DNA of 64,000 nucleotides, taken from the NCBI GenBank assembly GCA_965648905.1, contig CBFGIT010000004.1:64001-128000 (forward strand). Reading direction: 5' to 3'. The notes beneath the pieces were generated by a model, which made no database searches, was not told the DNA's origin, and saw nothing but the letters and a program-made list of their open reading frames with translations. Shown piece after piece: positions 37,927 through 49,100 of this stretch. The translations under genes and the position numbers were made by a program. This stretch comes from a candidate division WOR-3 bacterium (GTDB lineage: Bacteria > Hydrothermota > Tepidihabitantia > Tepidihabitantales > Tepidihabitantaceae). Numbering within the stretch: the first letter of the stretch is position 1; each line of letters begins with the position of its first letter.

Positions 37927-39129
37927 CTACTTCTTGCCGTACAACTCGCCGTTGAAGTAGTACTCGCTCCAGTAGGTCTGGCCGTTTTCGACGTGCACCC
38001 GGTACTCTATCTCGCGCTGGTTGCCGTTCTCGTAGGTAATGACCAGCACGCCCTGCTCTTTGGTGCCGCGCGCGGTCCAGCGACCCGAAGTCTGGTCTGA
38101 CCGAGCCGTGCCCCAGGTCAGGTCTTCGTTGCCGTACTGGTCGCTGGAGCTGCCCGAGTAGCTTGCCTCGTAGTTCTCGGCATACGTGCCGTCAGCCAGG
38201 AGATGAACGTAGGTCGCAGTGCTCTTGGTGTAGTTGTACCAGGTGCCGGCAAAGTGCTCTGTCAGGCCGGTTCCGGCCACGCGCTTGTACCTGATGCTGC
38301 GGGCAAGGTCAAGCCCGGCCTGAGACAGACGGCTGCTGAACTTCTCCGGCGCCGCCGCCGCGATAACGTAGGCGCCGCCGCCATAAGGCGAGAGCGTGCC
38401 GATGCCTCGAGCCTTGGTCTTTTCGCCCTGCCAGGACCCGGTGTAGTCGCCGCTCAGCGTGTTCTCGCCCGACTGTTTCAGCTCGCCGGACAGGACCAGT
38501 TGGCCGTCTTCTTCTTCGAGACCGGCCTGCATTTCGGCTCTCATTGCTCCAAGGTTCTGGGCCGAATGGGGCAGGACGAGAATCATGCCGGCAATCGAGT
38601 CGTGCCCGAGCAGTGCGCCTTGCGGCTGCACCCGGGCGCGCCAGCCTTTCGGAGCCGTGAACGAGAAGCCCCAGCCGGCGCTAGTCAGGTCGGCGTCCGA
38701 CTCCTTCGGTGCGCGGTCGTTGCGTGCCGCCTGGGCCGAGCCCGGCTTGCCCGGCGCAGGCTCTGCCGCACCGGCGCTTTTCGTTCTGGTGAAAGTCAAC
38801 TGCACTGCGTTCTGGAAGTCGGGCATGCCTTCTTCGTCGGACGGCACAAGCATGAACTCAAGGTCGTTGCCATCGAGTTCGGCCTCGAAGTAGTAGCTTG
38901 AGCCGGCACCAGTGCAGGTTCCGCTTGCCTCACCTGACTCTGCGGTCCCGGACAGGCTGAGCTTCTTGCCGCCGCCGAGCACGAGCGAACCGGTAAGAGT
39001 TCCGTCGCCCGACTGAGTCAGACTCAGCGACTGGCCCTCACCGGTGGCATACGTCCCGGAAAAATCCTGACCGGCCGCGCTGCCGAGCAGCGCTGAGCAC
39101 ACCATTACCGTTGTTAGGAACATACGCAC
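37927..39129 (-). CDS. Hypothetical secreted protein
   Basis: Signal peptide ending AAG-QDFSGTY; 400-aa ORF with SD. Confidence 0.75.
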   Translation of the reverse strand: MRMFLTTVMVCSALLGSAAGQDFSGTYATGEGQSLSLTQSGDGTLTGSLVLGGGKKLSLSGTAESGEASGTCTGAGSSYYFEAELDGNDLEFMLVPSDEEGMPDFQNAVQLTFTRTKSAGAAEPAPGKPGSAQAARNDRAPKESDADLTSAGWGFSFTAPKGWRARVQPQGALLGHDSIAGMILVLPHSAQNLGAMRAEMQAGLEEEDGQLVLSGELKQSGENTLSGDYTGSWQGEKTKARGIGTLSPYGGGAYVIAAAAPEKFSSRLSQAGLDLARSIRYKRVAGTGLTEHFAGTWYNYTKSTATYVHLLADGTYAENYEASYSGSSSDQYGNEDLTWGTARSDQTSGRWTARGTKEQGVLVITYENGNQREIEYRVHVENGQTYWSEYYFNGELYGKK

Positions 39130-39153
39130 GTTGCCTCCTCTGCTTGCCGTGCC

Positions 39154-39927
39154 TCACCGGGCGACGAACCCGACCGATGGGGCGTACACCGCACAGCCGA
39201 ACAGCCCGACTGCACCGCTGACATTGCCACCGGCAAGGAGCAGGTCCAGTCCGCCCTTTTTCCAGCCGCCATTGACCGCGATGATGCTGAAGACGTAGTT
39301 GCCCGGCACCGTGACACCGGTTGAGTCCTTGAACGCGCTTGCCGGCACGACGCAGAAGGTGTCGGTCACAGCCGCGCTCCAGCCTTCGGCCGCGCTGCCT
39401 GAGTCAGCCGGGCTGACCCCGACGATGTAGCGACGGCAACTGTCCGATTTGGTCCAGACCGCACGCAGCGTATCAGTTCCGATGCGGAACGAATCACCGG
39501 GCATAGGCTTGACAATGGAGAAGCTGTCGGGCAGAAACGCATAGGCGGTCACGCGCCGGCCGTCGTCGAGCTTCACTTCGAGGTCATAGCGGGCCTTGTA
39601 CTGAAGGCTCAGGGCCGGCTCAAAGTAGATGCCGGGCAGCCGCTGGGCCACACTTGTCGTGTTGAGCTTGGTTTCGGCCCCGCCAACCGGCGTGATTGTT
39701 GCCGGAAAGATGCTTGTTCCGAACGAGGTGTCGGTCGGGTCGGGCGTACTCAGCCAGTCGTCCTGAAGGATGTTCTGCACTGTAGCCTCGCCCAAGAGTA
39801 TCGAGGCGGTGTTGCTCTCCGGTGAGAGGGTCTTTGCCACCTGGCCGGTGATAACGAGCGTCGAGTACTTCTCCACTTCGCACCCGGCGACCGCGAGCAC
39901 CAGCACGAGCGCCAGCACGTGCGCCAT
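39154..39927 (-). CDS. Hypothetical lipoprotein (DUF4249-like)
   Basis: Lipobox VAG-C; 'YDLEVK..LPDSF', 'GNVSGAVGLFG'. Confidence 0.65.
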   Translation of the reverse strand: MAHVLALVLVLAVAGCEVEKYSTLVITGQVAKTLSPESNTASILLGEATVQNILQDDWLSTPDPTDTSFGTSIFPATITPVGGAETKLNTTSVAQRLPGIYFEPALSLQYKARYDLEVKLDDGRRVTAYAFLPDSFSIVKPMPGDSFRIGTDTLRAVWTKSDSCRRYIVGVSPADSGSAAEGWSAAVTDTFCVVPASAFKDSTGVTVPGNYVFSIIAVNGGWKKGGLDLLLAGGNVSGAVGLFGCAVYAPSVGFVAR

Positions 39928-40007
39928 TCGCCGTTCGCTATTCGCCTTTCGCCTCTCGCCGTTCCGCATTTTGCAATCTGCACTTTGCATTCTGCATTCT
40001 GCCTTCG
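39923..40007. repeat. Degenerate heptamer tandem array (GCCnTTC / GCAnTnT)
   Basis: About 12 consecutive 7-mers. Confidence 0.85.
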
Positions 40008-40017
40008 TCTGCCATAG

Positions 40018-41265
40018 CTATTGTCTGTCTCCTGTCCGGTCAGTGAACACGATTTCAATCCGGTTGCCCTCGAGGCCGCGAACCGTAAATGGGATGTCGA
40101 GGCCCCGGGTCACGAGGTCGTCGAGCACTTCCTGAGAAGACGATTCCGAGACGACTTCAAGCAGTGCGGTCGAGCCGGTCAGGTCGCGCTGGACCACGCT
40201 CGTGACGCCGCGCACTTTGGCGAGAATCTCGGTCTTGAGCTTCTGCGCCCGTGCAAAGTCGGCGTTGCTTGCGGAAATCTGGGTAATGTTGACCCGCTTC
40301 TTCCAGCCCCGGAGAATCTTCGCGATGAGCTCGGCCGAAACCGAGTCGGCAGCTTCCTTGCGGGCGTTGTCGGCGCTGAAAGGCAGTTCGCGGGTGAGGG
40401 CCGAAGCTGCCACCACTTCCGCAGTCGCAACGTTCACCGCCCGCACGCTCAGGCTCACCTTGAAGAACTCGGTTGTGCCGCCTGAGTAGGGGATGCTCTT
40501 CTGGGTGCTGGAACGCTGGGCTGTGCCGGCAACGACAATCTCGGCCCCGGTCTTCAGGCCGATGAGCTGGGCCGCAGCCAGGTCGCCTTCGAGGACTTTC
40601 TTGAGCTGCTCTTTCTCCAGGTTCTTCCGGACCGTGGCCGCGTCGACAACCGGGAAGCCCTTGGACTGAAACGCGTCGACGAGCATCGTCTCAATCATCT
40701 CCTGGGACATCATCCGGTCGTCCACCAGAATGTCTGAGAGGTTGTCGAGCTCCTTGACCACAACCATGATTCTGGGACGGCCCTGCTCAGCCACCAGGAT
40801 GCCGATGGCCGAGAGGTCGTCCTCGATTCGCTCGAGCTTCACCCGCGCCCGGACAACCACGCGGTACAGTTCGCCTTCCTGGCCTTCGGTGATGACCCGG
40901 TACGACGATACGTAGCCGCTGGCCTGGGAGTAAATCCGGTCCGACAGCAACTGGAAGTTCTGCACTCTCGATTCGGACGAGACAAACGTGCCCACGCCTT
41001 GCTCGACCGCCTTGCGCAGGGCGTCTTTCAGCGCATGGTCTCGGGCAATGTCAGCCCCGCCCGCGGTCAGTGCGGCTTTGCCTTCAGCCAACACCTCGGT
41101 TCCTTCACCGCTGGCCAGCACGACTTCCTGGCCGGGTGTGGTTGCGGTGCGAGCCGGAGCCGGTGGCGCGTACGCCGGGACAACGCACCCGGCCGCAAAC
41201 AGCAGCCAGCAGGCCAGAGCGCAGAACGGGCTGAGTCCACTCAGTTTGAATTCTAGGGTTCGCAT
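40018..41265 (-). CDS. Lipoprotein with an FlgT-N-like domain and a CsgG/LpoB-like domain
   Basis: Lipobox AAG-C; 'ALKDALRKAVEQGVG', 'RPRIMVV', 'GFPVVD'. Confidence 0.75.
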   Translation of the reverse strand: MRTLEFKLSGLSPFCALACWLLFAAGCVVPAYAPPAPARTATTPGQEVVLASGEGTEVLAEGKAALTAGGADIARDHALKDALRKAVEQGVGTFVSSESRVQNFQLLSDRIYSQASGYVSSYRVITEGQEGELYRVVVRARVKLERIEDDLSAIGILVAEQGRPRIMVVVKELDNLSDILVDDRMMSQEMIETMLVDAFQSKGFPVVDAATVRKNLEKEQLKKVLEGDLAAAQLIGLKTGAEIVVAGTAQRSSTQKSIPYSGGTTEFFKVSLSVRAVNVATAEVVAASALTRELPFSADNARKEAADSVSAELIAKILRGWKKRVNITQISASNADFARAQKLKTEILAKVRGVTSVVQRDLTGSTALLEVVSESSSQEVLDDLVTRGLDIPFTVRGLEGNRIEIVFTDRTGDRQ

Positions 41266-41287
41266 CTTGACGTCCGCCCGGGCGAAG

Positions 41288-42268
41288 CTACAGCATCAGC
41301 TTGACGAGGAACCGGCCCGCGTCAAACAGGTACCTGGCTCCGTCTTTGAGCCACTTCAGCTTGTCGGCATCGAGCTTGCCGATGACGATGTCTGACCCGA
41401 GCTTGCCGCGTATCTGCTTGACCTTCAGCACCAGCGGCTGGTTGCCGAGCTTCTTGTTGGCCAGCACTTCATCGAGCGCGCGAATGAACTGCACCGCGGC
41501 CTGACCCGACTTGCCGGCATACTTCAGATAGTCCTTGGTGTCGAGCAGCAGGTTTCCGTCCTCGTCGTAGATTTTGGGGAAAAGGGCCGGCTTCAGGCCG
41601 GTGTTGCCCGCGTCCATGACCAGCCCGCCGTACTGCTCGAAGAACTCACGCACGCGCGGCGAAAGACCGGCCGCGGCGACCTCGCCCTTTGGCCCAAGCA
41701 CCGGAGCCAGCGCCTGTTCCAGGCTGCTGTCGCCGTACATCGGCATCTCCAGTTCGACTTCGACCGTGCCTGCGACCGAGTCGTACCTGGCCGGGCCAAG
41801 CTGACGTGCTCCTTTGACGATACCCTCGACATGGGTGTAGACCACGTCGTAGTCGGTCATGAAGTTCTGCACCCTGGTGTCGGAATCCACCCGCACGCCC
41901 TTGACGATTTCGAGAAGGTTGCGCTGGGCCACGACCACCGCGGCCCGTTCGGCCATGAGCCGGGCCTGGGCTTTGTTCATGTTGCCCGGGTCCATCACCC
42001 CGGTGCCGCGGGCCCGGACGGTCTTGCCCGACCAGTCAACCATGCCGCCCGGCACCGGCTCGGCGACGTCGCCCGGTGCGGAGACTGGCCCGAGCGGAAC
42101 CGGCGCAGTGAACTGCGTCTCCTCGCTCGGTAGCGGCGCGACCGGCTGTGTCCCGGTGACCGAGCTTGAACCGACGGTCCCGCTCGTCGCGCAGCCGGCC
42201 AGCAGCAGCGCTAAACCCGTCGCCAGCCACGGTCGGCATTTCTGCGTTCTGCATTCGTCTGCCATCAC
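41288..42268 (-). CDS. LPP20-like lipoprotein
   Basis: Lipobox LAG-C; 'ARLMAERAA..AQRNLLEIVKGVRVDS'; 'GLVMDA..LKPALFPKIYDEDG'. Confidence 0.75.
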   Translation of the reverse strand: MMADECRTQKCRPWLATGLALLLAGCATSGTVGSSSVTGTQPVAPLPSEETQFTAPVPLGPVSAPGDVAEPVPGGMVDWSGKTVRARGTGVMDPGNMNKAQARLMAERAAVVVAQRNLLEIVKGVRVDSDTRVQNFMTDYDVVYTHVEGIVKGARQLGPARYDSVAGTVEVELEMPMYGDSSLEQALAPVLGPKGEVAAAGLSPRVREFFEQYGGLVMDAGNTGLKPALFPKIYDEDGNLLLDTKDYLKYAGKSGQAAVQFIRALDEVLANKKLGNQPLVLKVKQIRGKLGSDIVIGKLDADKLKWLKDGARYLFDAGRFLVKLML

Positions 42269-42813
42269 TGCTGCCTTCCTTTCACGACCATCGGATTCAT
42301 CGCCACATCGAGCGCGGCCTGGAGCGCCTCGTCCGCGCCGGAAAAGCTCGAGCCTTCGCCCTGTGAGTAGTACAGGACCTCGCCGGTCTCAACCCGGATG
42401 ATCTTGACGTAGAGTTTCGCGTCGCGCTGGTCTGGCGAGTCGGAGAAGAAGTCGTCGTGTTTGACCGAGTTGACGTTCACCAGCATCACCGCCTCGGCGC
42501 CCATCAGCTTGCCCAGTCGGGCTGCGGTGCCGGCGTCAACTGCGCCTGAGGCCGAGAATTGCTGCTCGGCCAGAATCCGCTCGACTTCGCTGCGGTCCAC
42601 GAGCATCACTTTGGACGTGCGCATCAGGGCCAAGCCGGCATGGTCGTAGAGCAGGCTGGTCGGTACGCTGGTCAGGCTCGCGGTCGGTGGCAGGACCGCA
42701 ATCCGCCACATCCGGCTCAGGTCGAAGTTCGGGGACATCGAATAGGTGCCGGCCTGCTCCTGCATGCGCTGCATCTGCGCCGGTGTGAAACAACCGGCAA
42801 GCAGCGCACACAT
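42265..42813 (-). CDS. CsgG/HfaB-like lipoprotein (start uncertain)
   Basis: LAG-C; 'LVDRSEVERILAEQ', 'AARLGKLMGAEAV', 'KIIRVETGEV'. Confidence 0.75.
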   Translation of the reverse strand: MCALLAGCFTPAQMQRMQEQAGTYSMSPNFDLSRMWRIAVLPPTASLTSVPTSLLYDHAGLALMRTSKVMLVDRSEVERILAEQQFSASGAVDAGTAARLGKLMGAEAVMLVNVNSVKHDDFFSDSPDQRDAKLYVKIIRVETGEVLYYSQGEGSSFSGADEALQAALDVAMNPMVVKGRQQ

Positions 42814-43119
42814 CAGCGGTGCAACGGCCACGGACAACGGACGTAATCTCAATGCACTACTCCTCTCGCTTGCGGCGGGTACTGCCACCAGTTTCGCCGT
42901 CGAAACTGGATGGCAGTCCCTCGCCTCTTGGGGGTTGGCTGGGCAGATTATCCGACCATATCGCTGGCCTGTCAACTTTGACGCCCCGGTTGTTGCTTGA
43001 CCGTGACCGCCGCCGGGTTATGATATGATGGCGTGCGAGGCCTGTTCCGCGGGTTCGGGCCTCGTTGTGGTCACCCCCCGCGGCGTAGATTAGTCGGTGT
43101 TCTCTAAGGAGGCTAGACA

Positions 43120-46100
43120 GTGACTAATGTGCTTTCTTTGGTCTTTCTCGTCGGTGCGGCCTGGTCAACACCGAGGTGGATTCCCTTGAGCGGAACCAAC
43201 GAGCCGGTTCCGTCCCGCGTGACGATTGTCTCCAGCACCGGCACGCGCACGGAGTTTGAGGTGTTTGTGCCGGGCATCCTGGCGACACCGGTAGCGGTGT
43301 CCGGGGTCGAGTTCTTCCGGCTGTCTCTGCCCGGTGAGAATTTCGCCGTGCTCGAGCCGGGTCGGCCGGAGGTGCCCAAGGTTTCGGTACTGCTTGGGAT
43401 TCCGAAAGGCGCGAACGTGTCGGTGCAGGTTCTTGAGCACGAGGTCAGCACCTTGCCGCTTGAGAGCGTCTACCCGCTTCAGCCGCCGCAACTCGACAAC
43501 CAGCCGGCTCCGCCTTTCACAATTGACCGCTCGTTCTATTCCCGCGACGAGCAGTATCCGGGCAAGGACGCGGCCCTGATTGAGACCGGGGTCTGGCGCG
43601 ACCTGGGCGTGGCGAATATCCAGGTGTACCCGGTCCAGGTCAACCCGGCACGCGGGGTGGTGCAGGTGGCGTCGCGTATCCGGGTGCGCGTGGAGCATGC
43701 GGGCATGATGCCGCGGACCGTCGCAGACTGGATGATGCCGGTCTACTCTCACTACCTCGACAACTTCGCGCAACTGCGGGTCAAGCCCGAGACCGACTAC
43801 ACCGCGGGTGTGCGCTACCTGGTCGTCGCCCATTCGAACTGGTCGTCGAACAGCCTGCTGGTGGACTCGCTTCTGGGCTGGGTGAAGAAGCGCGGCTATG
43901 ACGTGCGGATGATATCGAAGTCAAGCTACACGGCCCAGGAAATCAAGGACTCGATTCGCGCCGAGTACAACCGGTACACGCCCAAGACGCTGCGCTGGGT
44001 CCTGCTGGTCGGCGAGTACTCTGAGGTGCCGATGGGTTCGTATTCAGGGGTGGGAAGCTCGGATTTCTGGTACAAGGACCTGGAGCCGTGGCCGGCGGGT
44101 GACAACTACCCGGAAATCGGGCTGGCGCGTATCTCGCCATCGTCGGCCAACGACCTGCAGAACCAGGTGCGCAAGATGCTCCTGTATCAGAAGAACCCTC
44201 CCGCGACCGGGAACTGGCTGGCCAACCTGACCATGGTTGCCAACAGCGAGGACTATCCGGGCAAGTACTCGGGCTGCGTGCGCGGCATCTACTTCATGCC
44301 CAAGCCCTACTGGCAGCCGGTCCTCGACACCATCATGGGCCGGTTCAAGAACAACAGCGACGTGACCAGCGCGATAAGTGCCGGAGTCGGCATCCTGCCC
44401 TATCGCGGTCATGGCAGTTCGACCTCATGGGCGGCGTGGTCAGGCTGGCCGCCGTCAGTGTCGTGGGTCAACGCCAATGTGGACGCGCTCTCAAACGGAG
44501 ACCTGACCCCGGTGGTCTACAACATCGCCTGCGACTGTGGCAATCTGTCAGTAAGTGAGTGCTTGTCTGAGAAGTGGCTGCGCAAGTACCCGGGCGGCGG
44601 GGTGGCGAGTCTGGCCGCCTCGCAAGCGAGCTACACCTACCCGAACCACGGTATCTGTTCGACCCTTGTGCGGGCGACCTGTGATACATGGACAATCACT
44701 GTGCCGGGCGTGCGCAACTACCCGAATCCGGTCTTCAATCTGGCCGACATTCACATGCGGCTGGATGCTTATGTTGCCAAGTACTGGCCGAGCGCGCCCT
44801 ATCCCGACAACATCTACATGTACAACATGCTCGGCGACCCGGCAATGCCGGTCTGGGCCGGGGGCCAGCCCCAGACTCCGACCGTGACCCATCCGGCGAC
44901 GATTCCGACCGGGCCGTATCCGCTGACCGTTACCGTGCAGGTCGGTGGCCGGCCGGTTGAGGGCGCGCTGGTCTGTGCCTGGAAAGGAACGGAGTTCTAC
45001 GTGGCCGAGCGGACCAATTCATCGGGCAGTGCCACGCTCGACGTGAATGCAGGGTCGAGCGGTACTGTGCTCATTACCGTATCTGAAGGTCATGCCCAGC
45101 ATTCGACACCCGGTGTTACCCATACGCCGATACTCCCATATGAGGGCACGGCAACAGTAGCGGTTACCCACGATGTTGGTTGCAGCCACATCGCCGCGCC
45201 GACCGGCACGGTCGACTCGGGTACCCTGGTGACGCCGGCCTGTTCGGTCGCCAACTATGGCAGTTCGTCCGAGACCTATACGGTGCGCATGCGCATCGGT
45301 TCAAGCTACAACCAGACCGCAACCGTAACGAATCATCCGGCCGGTACCAGACGTTATGTTACGTTCCCGTCGTGGACCGCACTCGTGCGCGGTACGAATG
45401 CGGTTTCGTGTTCGACCGAGCTTGCGGGCGATGCGGGCCCGGCTAATGACCGAAAGCTCGATTCGGTGATTGTCCGGGTGCGGGACGTGGGCTGTCAGAC
45501 CCTGGTCGCGCCGACCGGGACAATTGACTCAGGGAGCGTTGTCATTCCAGCCTGCACGGTCTACAACTATGGGTCGGGTACGGTGAGTTACAACGTTCGG
45601 ATGCGGATTGGCACCGGGTACAACAACACCGCTGCGGTCACGGGCCATGCGGGCGGCACAGCTTTATACGTCACGTTCCCGGCCTGGACCGCGAGTCTGG
45701 GACGTGGGTCTTATGGGGTGTCGTGTTCGACCGAGCTTTCAGGCGATGTCGCACCGGGGAATGACCGACGCACCGGCACTGTGACGATTCGGGTACTCGA
45801 TGCCGCAAGCGTGGCCCTGCTTGCGCCATCAGGCACGGTTGACTCGGGTGCGGTCGTAATCCCGGCCTGCTCGGTTGCCAACTACGGTACTCAGTCCGCA
45901 ACCTACACCGTGCGGATGAGGATTGGAGCGACTTATAACCAGGCTGTGACGGTGAACAATCAGGCGCCGGGCGCGAAGGGGTATTTGACGTTCCCGGCCT
46001 GGACCGCGGAGCAGTGCATTGTTTACGCGGTCTCGTGCTCGACCGAGCTCTCGGGCGACCTGGCCCAGGCAAACGACAAATTGACCGGTTCGGTTACGGT

Positions 46101-49100
46101 GCGGCCGCGGGACGTGGCCTGCACGCGCATCCTCGTACCGACCGGCACAATCGACTCGGGCACGACACTGGTTCCATCCTGCTCGGTTGAGAACTACAGC
46201 GGCGTGGCAGTGAGTTACACGGTCAGAATGAAGGTCGGTGCGTACAATCAGGCGGTGGCGGTGAATAACCACCTGGCCGGCACAAGGCGCTATGTCACGT
46301 TCCCGGCCTGGACCGCGAACCTCAGCCGGGGCAGCCATGTTGTCTCGTGCTCGACCGAGCTTGCCGGTGATGCCAATCCGGCCAATGACCGTGCCACTGC
46401 TCAGGTTGACATTCGCGTGCGCGACGTTGCCTGTCAGAACCTGCTTGCGCCTTCGGGCACGGTCGATTCCGGCAGTGTCCTGGTTCCGTCTTGTTCGACC
46501 TACAACCACGGCTCGGTGACCTCGAGTTATACGGTGCGGATGCGGATTGGCTCCGGGTACTCAAGCCCGGTTACCGTGCTGAACCACCCGGCCGGTACGA
46601 GCCGGTTCATCACCTTCCCGAGCTGGACCGCGAACGAGCGGGGAACCCTGGCTGTGTCGTGTTCGACCGAGCTGGCCGGCGACCTGATTGAGGCGAACAA
46701 CCGCCAGTCCGGCCAGGTCGTGGTGGTTGTGCGGGACGTGGGTTGTGTGGCGCTGGTTGCGCCATCTGGAGTCGTTGACTCGGGCACGACCGTGACTCCG
46801 GTCTGCACGGTGGCGAACTTCAGCACCACAGCCCAGACCTACTCGGTCCGGATGAGGATCGGTTCAGGATACAATCAGGCCGTGACCGTGACGAATCAGG
46901 CGCCGCTGACCCGTCAGCAGGTCACGTTCCCAAACTGGGCTGCGCATGACCGCGGCATGCTTGCCGTGTCATGCTCGACTGAGCTTTCCGGGGACGCCAA
47001 TCCGGCGAACGACCGCAGAATCGGTTCGGTGGACGTGCGCGTGCGGGATGTGGGCTGCGTCGTGTTGCTGGCACCAGTTGGAGTAATCGACTCGGGCACG
47101 AGCGTGACCCCGGCCTGCTCGGTTGCCAGCTTCGGTAACGGGCCGGAGACTTACACGGTCCGGATGAGGATCGGCACAGGGTACAACCAGACCACAACCG
47201 TGACCAATCATCCGGCCGGTACAAGGCGGCTGGTGACGTTTCCGGCCTGGACCGCGGTCGAGCGGGGCAGTCATGCGGTTTCGTGCTCGACCGAGCTTTC
47301 CGGCGATGTCAGGAATGAGAACGACCGCGCGGTCGGTTCGGTGGATGTGCGGGTGCGGGACGTGGGCTGCGTGGCCATTGTTGCGCCGAGCGGTCTGGTC
47401 GATTCCGGCGTCGCGGTCGCGCCGGTCTGCACAGTTGCGAACCCGGGCACGACCACTGAGAGCTACTCAGTCCGGATGCGCATCGGCAGTCTGTATGACC
47501 GGACCGTTGCGGTCACTAACCACGCGCCTGATACCAGACTCGAGGTCGTGTTCCCAACCTGGACCGCCGGGCCGCGCGGCGGTCATACGGTGCGCTGCTC
47601 GACAATGCTGGATGGGGACCGGCAGCCGGGCAACAACCGTTTGACCGGCGGGGTTGAAGTCGCGGTGCGCGATGTCGCAGCAACGGTCATCATCGCGCCG
47701 GTTGGAGCGGTCGACTCGGGCGAGCTGGTCGTACCGGCCTGCACCGTGGCGAACTTCGGAACCACGGTTGAGTCGTATCTGGTCCGGATGAGAATCGGTA
47801 CGGATTACGACCGGTCAGTTGCGGTCACAAACCACGCGGCCGGGACACGGCTCGAAGTCTTGTTCCCAGACTGGTTCGCGCATCCTCGCGGCATGGTCGC
47901 GGTTTCCTGCTCGACCGAACTCGGCACTGACATGGTGCAGACTAACGACCGCATCAGCGGGCAGGTCGGGGTTGCGACCGATGACGCGGCGGTTGTGGCC
48001 CTGCTGGCGCCGCCGGAAGCGGTGTTGCTCGGCTCGGTTACCAGGCCCAGGGCGTTGGTGGCGAACATGGGCAGCAGAACCGCGACATTCGGCGTTCGAT
48101 TCACCATCGGGACCAGCTACGTTTCAGTACGAACCGTAACCGACCTGGCCCGAGGCGACACAGTGACCGTGGAGTTTGACGAATGGCTGGCTGCCATGCC
48201 CGGACGGTTTGCGCTGAGCTGCTCGACCATGCTCTCGGGTGAGGACAATCCGGCCAACGACCGGCTCACCGGTCAGGTCCGGGTCAACTACCCCTGGCCG
48301 GCAGGCTGGCGTGAGGCAAGTTCGATGCCCGGATTCCCGTCGAGCCGGCCGAGCGCTGACGGAGCCTGGTTGACGTATGATGCTGGCCAAGGCGCCATCT
48401 ACGCGGCCAAAGGGAACAAGACCAGCGACTTCTTCTCTTACAACCCGGCGCGGGATTCCTGGGCCGTGCTCGCACCGGTGCCGGCTGGCACCGAAGCAAA
48501 GCCGCCTTCCAAAGGTTCGGCCGGATGTGCTGACGGCAGCGGCACGGTCTATGCGACCAAGGGCAACAACACCCTGGGGTTCTACAGGTACATAGCAGCA
48601 CGAGACTCGTGGCAGCAACTGGCTGACGTACCGCTCGGCTCCAGCCGCAAGAAAGTCAAGGGTGGAACCGACCTGGTCTGCCATGACGGCAGTGTCTACC
48701 TGCTCAAAGGCATCGGCAACGAGTTCTACCGCTATGACCCGGCGTACGACTCCTGGCAGACGCTCTCGGCGGCACCCGCAGCCCAGTACGACAAAGGCTC
48801 ATGGCTGTGTCTGGATGACACTGCGGGCAGAATCTACTGCCACCAGGCCAAGTACCACGGGTTCAATGCCTATGACATTGCGGCCAGGACCTGGGGTTCG
48901 ACTTTGCCGGGCATGCCGCTCATCGGCCAGTCCGGCCGGTCCAAGAAGTCGAAAGATGGCGGTTCCGCAGCCTGGCTCGGCGGGTCTGTCTACGCGCTCA
49001 AGGGCGGTGGGACCCAGGAGTTCTGGCAGTTCAACCCGACAACCTCGGTCTGGGCTGAGCTGGAGACAATGCCACAGCTCGGCAGCTCGGGCCGTAAGAA

